From assembly GCA_020633495.1 (NCBI GenBank), contig JACKDR010000001.1, forward strand, positions 438,105 to 502,104: a DNA stretch of 64,000 nucleotides, read 5' to 3'. The DNA comes from Kofleriaceae bacterium (GTDB taxonomy: Bacteria; Myxococcota_A; Polyangia; Haliangiales; Haliangiaceae). Below, in pieces: positions 1-14,152 of the stretch (its first letter is position 1; each line of letters begins with the position of its first letter). The translations under genes were made by a program, and so were the position numbers. The notes under the pieces were generated by a model. The model did no database searches. It saw only the letters and a program-made list of their open reading frames with translations, and was not told where the DNA came from.

Positions 1-660
1 CGGCACCGCCCAGCCGTGATCCATGTTCTTGGGCGTGTTGCCGGTGTCGGTGCCCTCGGGGCTCGACGGGTCGTCGACCAGGTCGAAGCGCAGGTCGACG
101 GCGATCGTCCGGTAGCCGCGCGCCGGCAGCAGCTCGGCGAGCTGATCGCGGGCCTCGGTGTCGGCGGGGAAGTCGAGCGACGACGGATCCGGGTGGACGA
201 ACTTGATCCAGCCGGTCGGGCTCTCCGAGTTGCCGTGGACCAGGATGACGATCGGCTTGGAGGTGTCCTCGGTGACGCCGTCGGGGAACGGGAACTCGCG
301 GGCCGCGCACGGGTAGCCGGCGATCGTCGCGGCGTCGTAGGCCAGGCCGGCGGTGGAGCAGCCGGGGTGACGGGCGCCGGTGGCGTCGGGCGCGATCGTG
401 CGGTAGTGCCCGCCCGGGTACGCGCTGTCGCCGGCGGCCGGCATGCTGTGGCCGTCCCACGCGTTGCGGGTCGCGACCGGCAGCGCGTCGCGGAACGAGT
501 AGCCCGCGGGATCGATCGGGGCGTCGGCCATGGCCTGGCGACACGCCGAGACGTCGACGCCGGCGTCGGGGTCGACGCCGTCGTCGCCGGTGGGCGCGGC
601 GGTGCCGCCGAGGCACGCCGCGGTAGGAACGATCAGGGAGAGCAGGACGAAGCGAGACAT
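1..660 (-). CDS. secreted lipoprotein, alpha/beta-hydrolase-like; start at 660, C-terminus beyond window edge
   Basis: Reverse-strand translation from ATG at 658-660 gives MSRFVLLSLIVPTAACLGG (lipobox) then ...PIVILVHGNSESPTGW...; the forward ORF 16-957 is off-frame R/G/A garbage. Confidence 0.55.
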   Translation of the reverse strand, partial: MSRFVLLSLIVPTAACLGGTAAPTGDDGVDPDAGVDVSACRQAMADAPIDPAGYSFRDALPVATRNAWDGHSMPAAGDSAYPGGHYRTIAPDATGARHPGCSTAGLAYDAATIAGYPCAAREFPFPDGVTEDTSKPIVILVHGNSESPTGWIKFVHPDPSSLDFPADTEARDQLAELLPARGYRTIAVDLRFDLVDDPSSPEGTDTGNTPKNMDHGWAVP

Positions 661-934
661 GGATCCTCCAGCGGGCCGCGCGACGCGCGCGCCCCGCGCC
701 GCCCTTCAGCAAGGCTCGTACCGGCGTCGATCGCGATTCACGCCGGCCCACGACGCCCACCGCTGTGGGCCGGGCCCGACGTCGTGCGCTGGCCCCTGCT
801 GGGGCGCCCCAACACCCCGGCCCATCTTGTTGCTCCGCAGCACCAACATGGCTATCAGGCTGGAACTAGCCGGACACAATCATGTTGCATTGCACAACAC
901 CCGGCGATACACCGGGTTCATGAGGGCACCGACG

Positions 935-1537
935 TCAGGGCCGGACGTGGACGGTGAGCGTGTACGTGCCGCCCAGCGCCGCGGCCTCGCCGTCGACCAG
1001 GACGAACAGGTCGCCGGCGGCGACGCCGGTGAGCTGCAGCGGCACGCCGGGCCGCGCGTAGGCGTCGCCGTCGCACGCCGGCGTGTCGGGCACCGGCGCG
1101 CAGGTGCGGATCACGTAGGCGCGCAAGAGCGCGTCGCCGGCGAGCGTGACGTCGACGTCGTCGCCGGCGACGGCGGTGACCCGCCACACCTGGTCGGGGC
1201 CGTTGAGGATCGTCTGACCGCAGCTGCCCGAGACGTGGTTGACGCCGCCGCTGGTGTCGCCGGTGACCATCACCGGCGCGCCGCGCCCGATCAGCCCGGG
1301 GTCGTCGCAGGCGCGCGCCGGCGGGTTGGCGTCGGGCGGCGCGCCGTCGGCCACGACGCCATCGATGGTCGCGGCGTCGATCGCGCCGGGCGCGACGCAG
1401 ACCTCGGCGACACACGCCAGGCCGCTCGGGCACACGCCGTCGCGGCACGTGTAGTGGCCGCCGGCGTAGTCGGCGTCGAAGCGGCAGCCGGCGGCCGCGA
1501 CGATCGCGAGCACGGCGAGGAGGAAGCGCGGCATCAT
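935..1537 (-). CDS. hypothetical Cys-rich lipoprotein
   Basis: ORF 935-1558(-); the internal start MMPRFLLAVLAIVAAAGC gives a signal peptide plus lipobox and avoids overlap with the divergent kinase start. Confidence 0.5.
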   Translation of the reverse strand: MMPRFLLAVLAIVAAAGCRFDADYAGGHYTCRDGVCPSGLACVAEVCVAPGAIDAATIDGVVADGAPPDANPPARACDDPGLIGRGAPVMVTGDTSGGVNHVSGSCGQTILNGPDQVWRVTAVAGDDVDVTLAGDALLRAYVIRTCAPVPDTPACDGDAYARPGVPLQLTGVAAGDLFVLVDGEAAALGGTYTLTVHVRP

Positions 1538-1551
1538 GGGGGCCCGGAGCG

Positions 1552-3378
<1,827 letters not shown>

Positions 3379-4378
3379 CATCGCGCCGTGGATCGCGCTC
3401 GCGCCCGCGCTGCCCGTCGCCTCGCCGCCGCGATCCTCGGCGCCGTCGCCACCGCCATCGCGCTCGCCGCCCCCTCCCCGGCGCGCGCCGACGGCGCATC
3501 CGACCTCGCCGACGCCCGCCGCCTCAAGGCCGCGCTCAACTGGGCCGGCGCGCTCGCCGCCGTCGAGCGCGCGCTCGCCGCCGGCGACGGCGATCCCGTG
3601 CGCGTCGCCGAGGCCCACGAGCTCGCCGGCTCGCTCGCCGCCGGGCTCGGCCGCGACGACGTCGCCGTCGCGCACTTCCGCATCCTGCTGTCGCTGCGCC
3701 CGGACGCCCGGCTGCCCGCCGGCACCTCGCCCAAGATCGTCGCGCCGTTCGACGTCGCCCGCGGCGACGCCGACGCCGGCGTCGCCGGCCCGCTCGCGGT
3801 CCACGTCGAGCCGGGACCGCCGCCGGCGCTGGTCGTCGACCGCGATCCGCTGCACCTGGTCGCGGGCGCGCGCGCCCGCTGGACCGCCGCCGACGGCATC
3901 CCCGCCGAGCTGGTCGCGCGCACGGACGGCGACGGCGACGCGCGCCTCGTCCTCGCGGTCCCGGCCGGCACCCGCGACGTCGAGATCGCCGCCGTCGACG
4001 CCGATGGCAACGCCCTGTGGCGGAGCGACGCGACCGCCGCCTCGGCGGTCGCCGTGACCGCGCCGCCGCGACCGCGCGCCGCGGCGCTGGCGCCGTGGGC
4101 GCGCTGGTACGTGTGGGCCGCGGTCGCGGTGCCGGCCGCCGCGGTCGGCGGCGTCGCGGCGTGGCGGCTCGGCGTCGCCCAGCACGACTGGGACCGGCTG
4201 CGCGCCGACGACGGTGCCCACGACTACTCCGAGCTGACCGCGATCGAGGACCGCGGCCGGCGCCACGCGCTCACCGCCAACCTCGCGTTCGCCGCCGCCG
4301 GCGTCACCGGCGCGGTCGCGGCCGTCCTCCTGGTCCGCGACCTCCGCCACCCGCGCGGCCTCGAGCCGGCGCCGTACG

Positions 4379-5896
<1,518 letters not shown>

Positions 5897-5984
5897 GAGG
5901 TCCTCCTGGGCGCCGCGGCATTGCATCGGGTGTGCCGCAGCCGAGCGCCGCTCAGCGGCGGCGCTTGGCGACGTGTGGATCCAC

Positions 5985-6050
5985 GCCCCCTCGACTCCGC
6001 CCTCGCGGCTGCGCCGCTCGGGCTCCGCTCGGGGTGAGCGATCGTGTCGA
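5985..6050. repeat. dispersed ~65-bp GC-rich intergenic element, copy A; near-identical to 30248-30315
   Basis: ...ccctcgcggctgcgccgctcgggctccgctcggggtgagcg... matches 30250-30310 with few mismatches. Confidence 0.8.
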
Positions 6051-6240
6051 CGTTCCGCTCACCCCGGGAGCGAGGCCACCGCGCAGCGCTCGGCGCGCGA
6101 TCAACGCTCACCCCGAGCGCGAGGCCGCCGCGCCCGAACGCTCACCCCGGGCGCGAGGCCGCCGCGCCCGAACGCTCACCCCGAGCGCGAGGCCGCCGCG
6201 CCCGAACGCTCCCCCGGAGCGCGAGGCCGCCGCGCAGCGG
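6051..6240. repeat. tandem array of ~5 copies of a 34-bp unit (gaacgctcaccccgagcgcgaggccgccgcgccc), inverted relative to copy A and able to form long hairpins
   Basis: Direct inspection; units abut with no spacers, so not CRISPR; cgctcaccccgagcg is the reverse complement of cgctcggggtgagcg in copy A. Confidence 0.8.
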
Positions 6241-6423
6241 CGGCCGAGCAGTCGAGGGGGCGGGCGCCTGTACGCGATCGTCGGCGACGTCCAGCCCGTT
6301 GGCCCGCCCCCACAGCCACGCGCGCGCCTGTTGGCCACTCCCCACGATCCGGTCGGCCGACGCCACCTCGCACCGCCAGCCCGCGCGCCGCCGCCGGCAC
6401 GGCCGCTGCTACGCCCCGTGGCC

Positions 6424-7899
6424 ATGAGCCCGCCACCGCCACCCGCGTCGCCGTCGTCGCTCCGCACCCGGTCCCGGTCCCCGTCCTCCGAGCTCGCGGT
6501 CGTCGACGACCAGGGCCGCGCCTTCGACCACGCCGCGCTGCACCGCCGCGCCGCCGCCTGGGCCGCGGCGCTGGCGCGCCGCCACGGCGTCCGCGCCGGC
6601 GATCGCGTCGGCGTGCTCGCCGACGGCTGCACCGAGGTGTTCGTGCTGCGCGCCGCGTGCGAGCACCTCGGCGCCGCGCTGACGCCGCTGTCGTGGCGGC
6701 TGTCGACCGCCGAGCTCGCCGCGGTGACCGCCGACGCCGCGCCGCGGGTGCTGCTGCACGATCGTGCCCACGCCGACGTCGCCGCCGCCCTCGACGCGCC
6801 GCGCGCCGTGCTCGACGCGCCGCCGCCGCGGGTCGCGCCGGTGGCCGCCGCGCCGGCGCTGCCCGACGACGTCGTCCAGGTCCTGTACACCAGCGGCTCG
6901 ACCGGGCGACCGCGCGGCGCCCGCCTGACCCGCCGCCAGCTCGCGTTCAACGCCGCGATCACGGCGCGGCTGTGCGGCCTCGGCGCCGCCGACCGGGTCC
7001 TGGCGCTGCTGCCGCTGTTCCACACCGGCGGCCTCAACTGCCTGGCCACGCCGGTGCTCGCCGCCGGCGGCGCGGTCATGGTCATGGCGCGCTTCGACCC
7101 CGCCGAGGCTGTGGCGCGCATCGAGCGCCACGGCGTCACCGCGATCGTCGCGGTGCCCACGATCTACGACGCGCTGCTCGACGCCGGCCTCGATCGCCGC
7201 CGCGCCCCGGCGCTGCGGGTCCGGCTGGTCGGTGGCGCGCCGGTGACGCCGCGCCTGCTCGAGCGCGCCCGCGCCGCCGGGCTGCCGCTGCGCCAGGGCT
7301 TCGGCATGACCGAGGTCGGCCCCAACTGCTTCACCTTCGGCCCGGTCGGGCCCAGCGACGGCGACGCGTCGAGCTGCGTCGGCGCGCCGGTGCCCGGCAC
7401 CGAGGCCCGCCTGGTCGACGACGGCGGCGCCGACGTCGCGCCCGGCGCCACCGGCGAGCTGTGGCTGCGCGGCCCCCACGTCTTCGCCGGCTACCTCGGG
7501 CGCGCCTCGTCCGGTCGACCGGACGGCTGGTTCGCGACCGGCGACCTGTTCCGGCGCGACGCCGCCGGCGGCTACCACGTCGTCGGCCGCAAGAAGGACA
7601 TGTTCATCTCCGGCGGCGAGAACGTGTACCCGGGCGAGGTCGAGGCCGCGCTCGCCGGCCACCCCGCGATCGCCGAGGTCTGCGTGATCGGCCGCCCCGA
7701 TCCGCGCTGGGGCGAGGTCGGCGTCGCGGTGGTCGCCACCCGCGGCCCGGTCGACGCCGCCGCGCTCGACGCCTGGCTCCGCCGCCGCCTCGCCGCCTAC
7801 AAGGTGCCGAGGGCGTGGCGCTTCGTCACCGCGCTGCCGCGGACCGCGACCGGCAAGATCGCCCGCGCCGAGCTGATCGCCGCAGCGCGAGCAGCGTGA
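6424..7899 (+). CDS. AMP-dependent acyl-CoA synthetase/ligase
   Basis: AMP-binding signature LYTSGSTGRPRG plus GFGMTE and a C-terminal TGK motif; start MSPPPP at 6424. Confidence 0.85.
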   Translation: MSPPPPPASPSSLRTRSRSPSSELAVVDDQGRAFDHAALHRRAAAWAAALARRHGVRAGDRVGVLADGCTEVFVLRAACEHLGAALTPLSWRLSTAELAAVTADAAPRVLLHDRAHADVAAALDAPRAVLDAPPPRVAPVAAAPALPDDVVQVLYTSGSTGRPRGARLTRRQLAFNAAITARLCGLGAADRVLALLPLFHTGGLNCLATPVLAAGGAVMVMARFDPAEAVARIERHGVTAIVAVPTIYDALLDAGLDRRRAPALRVRLVGGAPVTPRLLERARAAGLPLRQGFGMTEVGPNCFTFGPVGPSDGDASSCVGAPVPGTEARLVDDGGADVAPGATGELWLRGPHVFAGYLGRASSGRPDGWFATGDLFRRDAAGGYHVVGRKKDMFISGGENVYPGEVEAALAGHPAIAEVCVIGRPDPRWGEVGVAVVATRGPVDAAALDAWLRRRLAAYKVPRAWRFVTALPRTATGKIARAELIAAARAA

Positions 7900-9019
7900 C
7901 CACCGCCAGGAGCACGCCGGCGTCACCGCCGCGCGGCCCGGCGCCGCAGCCGCAGCCGCCCACGCCGCCGTCGTCGTCGTCGCCGCCCGCGCCCGCGCCG
8001 CCGTCGGGCCCACCGCCGACGCCGCCGCCATCGCCGCTCACCGGATCGTCGCCGGTGAGGCCCCAGAACCGGGCGATCCGCCAGGTCGAGCACAGCCCGT
8101 GATCCTCGTAGTACGCCGCCGCCGCGGTGCAGCCACCGTCGGGATCGGCGCCGCCGACGACGATCGCGTGGCCCATGCCGGTGACCGTCCAGCGCTCGAC
8201 CACCGGGACGCCGCCGACCCGGTAGACCTCGTGGCTGGCGTCGCCCACGGTCTCGACCTCGGGCGCGGCGGTCACGCCGTGCACCGCGGTCCACTGCTCC
8301 ATCGACTCGCGCGCCGCCGCCGGATCGACGGTGGTGTCGGTGCTGCCGTGCCAGATCGCGACCCGCGGCCACGGCCCGGTCCAGCCGCCCGAGCCCTGCT
8401 CGACCAGCGTCGCCCACGCCGCCGGCTCGAGATCGCGCTCCGGGTGCTGCGACAGCGCCTGGCACGCGTAGGCGCCGTTGACGTCGGTGGCGCACCGGTA
8501 CGGGACGCCGGACAGGATCGCGCCGCCGGCCAGGCGATCCGGCCAGGTCGCCAGCATGACCGCGGCGAACGCGCCGCCCGCCGAGAAGCCGGTGACGTAG
8601 ACCCGCGCCGGATCGCCGTCGTGGGCGGCCAGCGCGTGATCGATCATCGCCATGATCGAGGCGTTCTCGCCCTGGCCGCGGGTGAGGTTGGCGAGGTCGC
8701 CGTACTCGCCGGCCCAGTTGAAGCAGCGCAGCGGGTTGTTGGCGGTCGACTGCTCGGCGTAGACCACGGTGAAGCCGAGCTGATCGGCGACCGTGTTCCA
8801 GCCGGCGCGGACCGCGTCGGCGGCGGTCTGGGTGCAGCCGTGCAGCACGACCACCACGGGTCGCCCGGCGGGCAACCCGTCGGGCACGTACTCGTACATG
8901 GCCAGCGCCCCGGGGTTGTCGCCGAAGCTCGCCACCGGGGTCAGGTCGGCGGCGGCGGCGGGCGCCGCGGCGCCGAGCGCCGCGGTCAGGCACACGATCG
9001 AGATGATGGATGTCCTCAT
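7826..9019 (-). CDS. extracellular esterase (paralog of 4379-5896) with MYXO-CTERM-like tail
   Basis: About 60% identity to the upstream esterase (VVVLHGCTQ, VYVTGFSAGG); C-terminus GCGCGAG...LLAVVTLLALRRSARRGR; signal-peptide start MRTSIISIV at 9019. Confidence 0.8.
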   Translation of the reverse strand: MRTSIISIVCLTAALGAAAPAAAADLTPVASFGDNPGALAMYEYVPDGLPAGRPVVVVLHGCTQTAADAVRAGWNTVADQLGFTVVYAEQSTANNPLRCFNWAGEYGDLANLTRGQGENASIMAMIDHALAAHDGDPARVYVTGFSAGGAFAAVMLATWPDRLAGGAILSGVPYRCATDVNGAYACQALSQHPERDLEPAAWATLVEQGSGGWTGPWPRVAIWHGSTDTTVDPAAARESMEQWTAVHGVTAAPEVETVGDASHEVYRVGGVPVVERWTVTGMGHAIVVGGADPDGGCTAAAAYYEDHGLCSTWRIARFWGLTGDDPVSGDGGGVGGGPDGGAGAGGDDDDGGVGGCGCGAGPRGGDAGVLLAVVTLLALRRSARRGRSCRSRSAAAR

Positions 9020-9069
9020 GGTGAAGCCGGACCGAGCAACCGCCGTGCCTGGTAGATTGGGGCTCAGCA

Positions 9070-10448
9070 TGGACGAGATCCGCACCAAGCTCCAGCCTCG
9101 TCAGGTGCGGGTGGTCCGGCGGCTGCGGGCCCGGGTCGACGAGGGCGCCGACGCCGGCCTGGTGGCCGAGCCGGGCGACGCGCCGTCGCTGGCGGTCGGC
9201 ACCGCCGCCGACAACCAGCTCGTCGTCACCGATCCGACGGTGAGCCGCTACCACCTCGAGCTGCGCCGCACCGCCGACGGCGTCGAGGTCACCGACCTGG
9301 GCAGCCGCAACGGCACCTGGGTCGGCGCCGTGCGCGTGACCCGCGCCGTGGTCCCGCCGGGCACCCACCTGCGGGTCGGCGCCACCGCGATCACCGTCGA
9401 GGACGCCGGCGACCGGGTCGCCGATCCGGGCGCCGACGCGCCGCCACCGCCGGGCCTGGTCGGCGACAGCGACGCGATCCGCGAGGTCGGCCGCCTGGTC
9501 CACCGCCTGGCGCGGGTCGACTCGAGCGCGCTGATCCAGGGCGAGACCGGCTGCGGCAAGGAGGTCGTGGCCCACGCCATCCACGCGCTGTCGCCGCGCC
9601 GCGATCGCGAGCTGGTGGTCGTCGACTGCGGCTCGATGCCGGCGACGCTGGTGGCGTCGCTGCTGTTCGGCCACGAGAAGGGCGCGTTCACCGGCGCCGA
9701 CGCTCGCCGCGCCGGCGCGTTCGAGCGCGCCAGCGGCGGCACCGTCCTGCTCGACGAGATCGGCGAGCTGCCGCTCGAGGTCCAGCCGGCGCTGCTCGGC
9801 GTGCTCGAGCGGCGCTCGTTCACCCGGGTCGGCGGCACCCAGCCGATCACCGTCGACGTCCGGGTCCTGGCCGCGACCCACCGCGACCTGCGCGCCGAGG
9901 TCAACAGCGGCCGGTTCCGCGCCGACCTCTACTACCGGCTGGCGGTGGCGCGCGTCGTCATCCCGCCGCTGCGCGAGCGCCCCGACGACGTCGAGCCGCT
10001 GGTCCGCCACTTCGCCGAGCGCCTCACCGGCGATCCCGACCCCGGGCCGCTGGCCGGCGCGATGGAGGCGCTGCGCGCCCACCCGTGGAGCGGCAACGTC
10101 CGCGAGCTGCGCAACGTGGTCGAGGCCGCGCTGCTGATGGGCCAGGTCGAGCTCGGCGACGGCCCGCTCGGCGACGGGCGGCTCGGCGACGGCGACGGCG
10201 ACGCGGTCACGGCCGCGCCGGCGGTGACGGCCGCGGCCGACGCCGCCACCGGCGCCGCGGCGATGGGCACCGGCGCCGAGCCCCTGCCCTACCGCGACGC
10301 CCGGGCCCGCGCCCTGCACCAGTTCGAGGCCGCGTACCTGCGGGCGCTGATCGACGGCGCCGACGGCAACGCGTCCGAGGCGGCGCGCCGCGCCCGCATG
10401 GACCGGCCGTACCTGCTGACGCTGCTGCGCAAGCACGGCCTGCGCTGA
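9070..10448 (+). CDS. sigma-54-dependent transcriptional activator with N-terminal FHA domain
   Basis: FHA-like N-terminus; AAA+ sigma-54 interaction motifs GETGCGKE, GAFTGA, ESELFGHE-like; C-terminal HTH. Confidence 0.85.
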
Positions 10449-10485
10449 GCCGCGGCCGGCCCACGCCGCCGCCGGCCGTGCGCCG

Positions 10486-11361
10486 CTACATCCGGCCGGT
10501 CAGCGAGAACGCGACCGCCAGGTCGAGGTAGTCCTCGAGCCCGTCGAAGCCGACCGGCAGGATCAGCGCGATGCCGGGCTGGATCTGGCCGTCGAGGCGG
10601 GCGCCGATCGCGAACGTGCTGGCGCTGTCGTCGGCGTTGGGATCGTCGTTGCTGACGACGTTGGTCGCCAGCTCGACCGAGACGTCGGCGGGGCCGAGGT
10701 CGACGCCGCCGGCGACGTTCAGCCGCAGGATCGGCGAGATGTCGACGCCGTCACCGCCGTCGTCGGTCAGCATGACGTCGAGGCCGAAGTCGGCGCGCCA
10801 GAAGATCGGGCCGGCGGTGCCCATCGGTGACACGCCGAGGCGCAGCCAGCTGCTGTTGATCCAGCGCTGCGCCAGGTCGCCGTACCGCGGCACCGCGGCG
10901 AACGCCTGCAGCGCCCCGGGCCCGGTGTCGTCGGCGGTCGGCAGCGCGACGCCGAGGTGCGCGACGATGTCGAGGCGGCGATCGACCTGCCGGGCGTACA
11001 TGCCGCCGAGCTCGAGGTTGCCGATCGCGACCTCGCTGTCGCCCTGGATGACCAGCGGCCCGACCACGACGTCCGGGGTCGAGACGTACGCCATCGGCAC
11101 CACCAGGTAGCCGCCGAAGCCCTGGTCGCTGACGTAGTGGCCGCTGACGTCGAAGCCCAGGATCGTCGGATCGAACGGGCCGCCGCTGTCCCACTTCTCG
11201 TAGCCCAGCTCGAACCCGAACGTGGTCTGCGGGGTCAGCCGATCGACGGTGTGGAAGTCGTGGACGCGGTCGGCCTGGCGCAGCGGCTCGGCCGTCGCGA
11301 CGCGCGCGGCGACCAACCCCGAGCCGATCGTGACGGCGACGCCGAGCAGGTGGTGCTTCAT
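10486..11361 (-). CDS. secreted hypothetical protein, possible beta-rich outer-membrane protein
   Basis: Signal peptide [24 protein letters not shown]; in-frame end of a long ORF whose upstream part is antisense to fumC. Confidence 0.5.
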   Translation of the reverse strand: MKHHLLGVAVTIGSGLVAARVATAEPLRQADRVHDFHTVDRLTPQTTFGFELGYEKWDSGGPFDPTILGFDVSGHYVSDQGFGGYLVVPMAYVSTPDVVVGPLVIQGDSEVAIGNLELGGMYARQVDRRLDIVAHLGVALPTADDTGPGALQAFAAVPRYGDLAQRWINSSWLRLGVSPMGTAGPIFWRADFGLDVMLTDDGGDGVDISPILRLNVAGGVDLGPADVSVELATNVVSNDDPNADDSASTFAIGARLDGQIQPGIALILPVGFDGLEDYLDLAVAFSLTGRM

Positions 11362-11507
11362 GGCCGCGATGGTGCACCGGCGCCGCCGCGCCGTCCACGC
11401 GTTGTCACCAGTGCGAGCCAGCTCACCGAGGCGGCTTCGCGACCGCCCTCCGCGACGCGCCGTCGCCGCGACGCGCCGCCGCCACGATCCCCGGCCATAC
11501 TGCCGGC

Positions 11508-12903
11508 CATGGACGAGGACACCGCGGTCACCCGCCTCGAGCACGATAGTTTCGGCGCCATCGCGGTGCCGGCCGAGCGGCTGTGGGGCGCGCAGACCCA
11601 GCGCTCGCTGCAGCACTTCCGGATCTCGAGCGAGACCATGCCGCCCGAGCTGATCGCCGCGCTGGCTCGGGTCAAGCGCGCCGCCGCCGAGGTCAACGCC
11701 GAGCTCGGCCTGCTGCGCGGCGATCACGCCCGCGCGATCGTCGCGGCGTGCGACGAGATCCTCGCCGGCCGCCACCCCGACGAGTTCCCGCTGTCCTTGT
11801 GGCAGACCGGCTCCGGCACCCAGACCCACATGAACGTCAACGAGGTGATCGCCAACCGCGCCTCGGAGCTGCTCGGCGGCGGCCGCGGCGAGGAGCGCGT
11901 GCTGCACCCCAACGACGACGTCAACCGCGGCCAGTCGTCCAACGACGTCTTCCCGACCGCGATGCACGTCGCCGCCGCGCTGGCGATCGTCGAGCGGCTG
12001 TCGCCCGCGCTCGACGGCCTGTGCGCCACGCTCGACGGCCTCGCCCGGCGCTTCGCGGCGGTGCTCAAGATCGGCCGCACCCACCTGATGGACGCCACGC
12101 CGATCACGCTCGGCCAGGAGATCTCGGGCTGGGCGGCGCAGCTGGCGCGCGGCCGTCGCGCCCTCGAGGCGATCGCGCCCGGCCTGCACGAGCTGGCGAT
12201 CGGCGGCACCGCGGTCGGCACCGGGCTCAACACCCACCCCGAGTTCGGCCGCCGCGTCGCGGCCCGGCTCGCCGCCGCCACCGGGCTGCCGTTCGTCAGC
12301 GCCGCCAACAAGTTCGAGTCGCTGGCCTCGCACGACGCGCTGGTCCACGCCCACGGCGCGCTGCGCGGCCTCGCGGTCGCGCTGATCAAGATCGGCAACG
12401 ACGTGCGGTGGATGGCCAGCGGCCCGCGCGCCGGCCTCGGCGAGATCACGATCCCCGAGAACGAGCCGGGCAGCTCGATCATGCCGGGCAAGGTCAACCC
12501 GACCCAGGGCGAGGCGCTGGTGATGGCGTGCACCCAGGTGCTCGGCAACGACGTCACGATCGGCGTCGCCGGCGCCGGCGGCGCGTTCGAGCTCAACGTC
12601 GCCAAGCCGGTCATCGCCCACGCGTTCCTGCAGAGCGTCCGCCTGCTCGGCGACGCCATGCGCTCGTTCGACGAGCACTGCGCGCGCGGCCTGGCACCGC
12701 GGGTCGACCGGCTGCGCGCCCAGGTCGAGCGCTCGCTGATGCTGGTCACCGCGCTGACCCCGCACCTCGGCTACGACCGCGCCGCCGCGATCGCGCACCG
12801 CGCCCACGCCGACGATCTGTCGCTGCGCGACGCCGCGCTGGCCTCCGGCGAGCTCACCGCCGCCGAGTTCGACGCCTGGGTCCGCCCCGAGGCGATGGTC
12901 TAG
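11508..12903 (+). CDS. fumC: class II fumarate hydratase
   Basis: [11 protein letters not shown] signature and overall FumC-like sequence over 465 aa. Confidence 0.95.
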
Positions 12904-12906
12904 CGA

Positions 12907-13470
12907 TCACGCCCCCGGCACGCCGCCGGGCAGCAGCAGATCCTCGAGGAAGAACGCGGCGAGCTCGGCGCGCCCGCCCAGGCCCGACTTGCGATAGACC
13001 GCCAGCGCCTGCTGCCGCACGGTTCGCTCCGAGGTCTCGCGGACGCCGGCGATCTCCTTGAGGCTGAGGCCCTTGAGCAGCAGCAGCGCGATCTCGCGCT
13101 CGGCGCCGGTCAGCTGCCAGCGCGTCAGCTGGGCGTCGATCGCGACGCCGAGCCCGCGCAGGTGCTCGCCGGCCTCGCGCTTCCAGGCCTCGGCCTCACC
13201 CCGGGCCGCCTGGACCTCGCGCTCGAGGTGCCCGATGCGGCGGCGGCGGTGCTCGGCCTGACGCCACAGCGCGATCGCGCCGGCCAGCGCCCCGACCATC
13301 GCCGCGACCTCGAGCGCGACGTGCATCCAGCCGGTGCCGGCGCCGGCGTCCGACACCACATCGGCGCCCACGATCACCGCGATGCCGATCATCACGAGCA
13401 TCGGCCAGCGTGCGACGGCCGACGGGTCCTCGGCGTCCAGGTCCTCGAGATCCATGGGCTCGGCTGCCAT
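12907..13470 (-). CDS. membrane-anchored LuxR-family transcriptional regulator
   Basis: C-terminal HTH LLLLKGLSLKEIAGVRETSERTVRQQALAVYRKSG; two N-terminal TM helices. Confidence 0.7.
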   Translation of the reverse strand: MAAEPMDLEDLDAEDPSAVARWPMLVMIGIAVIVGADVVSDAGAGTGWMHVALEVAAMVGALAGAIALWRQAEHRRRRIGHLEREVQAARGEAEAWKREAGEHLRGLGVAIDAQLTRWQLTGAEREIALLLLKGLSLKEIAGVRETSERTVRQQALAVYRKSGLGGRAELAAFFLEDLLLPGGVPGA

Positions 13471-13532
13471 GTGTCGTCCGACGGATGGCCCGCGGCGCGC
13501 CGCGCGCTCACCGTGAGCGCAAGGAGACTGCC

Positions 13533-14057
13533 ATGAATGGAACCCCGCTACACCCCGTGATCGTCCATGTCCCGCTGGTCCTCGCCCTGGTCGCGCCCGT
13601 CGCGATCGGCTGGGCCGCCTGGCGGCGCCTGCGCGGTGCGACCGACCGTCGCACCTGGCTGGCCGCGGCGCTGCTCCAGGTGGTCATCGTGGGCAGCGCG
13701 TTCGCCGCCCTGCGCACCGGCGGCGAGGAGGAGGAGCGGGTCGAGCAGGTCGTCCCCGAGGCCGCGATCGAGACCCACGAGGAGCGCGCCGAGCTGTTCA
13801 CAGGCGCCGCGGTGGTCGCCGCGGTCCTGGTCGCCGGCGCCGCGCTGACCCGCGGCCGGGTCGGGGTCGCGCTCGGCGGCACCGCCACCGCCGCCGCCGT
13901 CCTGGTCGGCGTCCTCGGCGTCGCGGTCGGCGCCGCCGGCGGCGACCTGGTGTACCGGCACGGTGCCGCGGCGGTCTACGTCGCGCCCGCCGGCGGCGGC
14001 GGCCCTGGTGACCCGGCCGCCGCCGCGCCCCGGCACGACGACGACGACGACGACTGA
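13533..14057 (+). CDS. small integral membrane protein
   Basis: ATG preceded by AAGGAGA; 4 predicted TM helices; acidic tail. Confidence 0.5.
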   Translation: MNGTPLHPVIVHVPLVLALVAPVAIGWAAWRRLRGATDRRTWLAAALLQVVIVGSAFAALRTGGEEEERVEQVVPEAAIETHEERAELFTGAAVVAAVLVAGAALTRGRVGVALGGTATAAAVLVGVLGVAVGAAGGDLVYRHGAAAVYVAPAGGGGPGDPAAAAPRHDDDDDD

Positions 14058-14152
14058 ACCGCGTGGGTGACGCCGGCATCGCCCCATCCGGAACACGCGG
14101 CGCCGCAAAGGCGTTGAGCCCCCCGGTGGGCGCTGCTAGCGTCCGCGGTGGC

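Noticed and set aside
866-886. Imperfect palindrome tgttgcattgcacaaca in the 270-bp gap between the two lipoprotein genes
   Set aside because: A short, imperfect inverted repeat with no second copy seen elsewhere. It could be an operator or terminator, but the evidence is insufficient.
16-957. 313-aa forward ORF at the window start
   Set aside because: Antisense to the lipoprotein gene 1-660(-), which has a convincing signal peptide and hydrolase motifs.
6051-6240. Possible CRISPR array
   Set aside because: The 34-bp units are directly abutting with no unique spacers, and no cas genes are nearby.
9020-9069. Sigma-54 promoter (tggtagattgggg) upstream of the FHA/sigma-54 activator
   Set aside because: Does not match the TGGCAC-N5-TTGC spacing.
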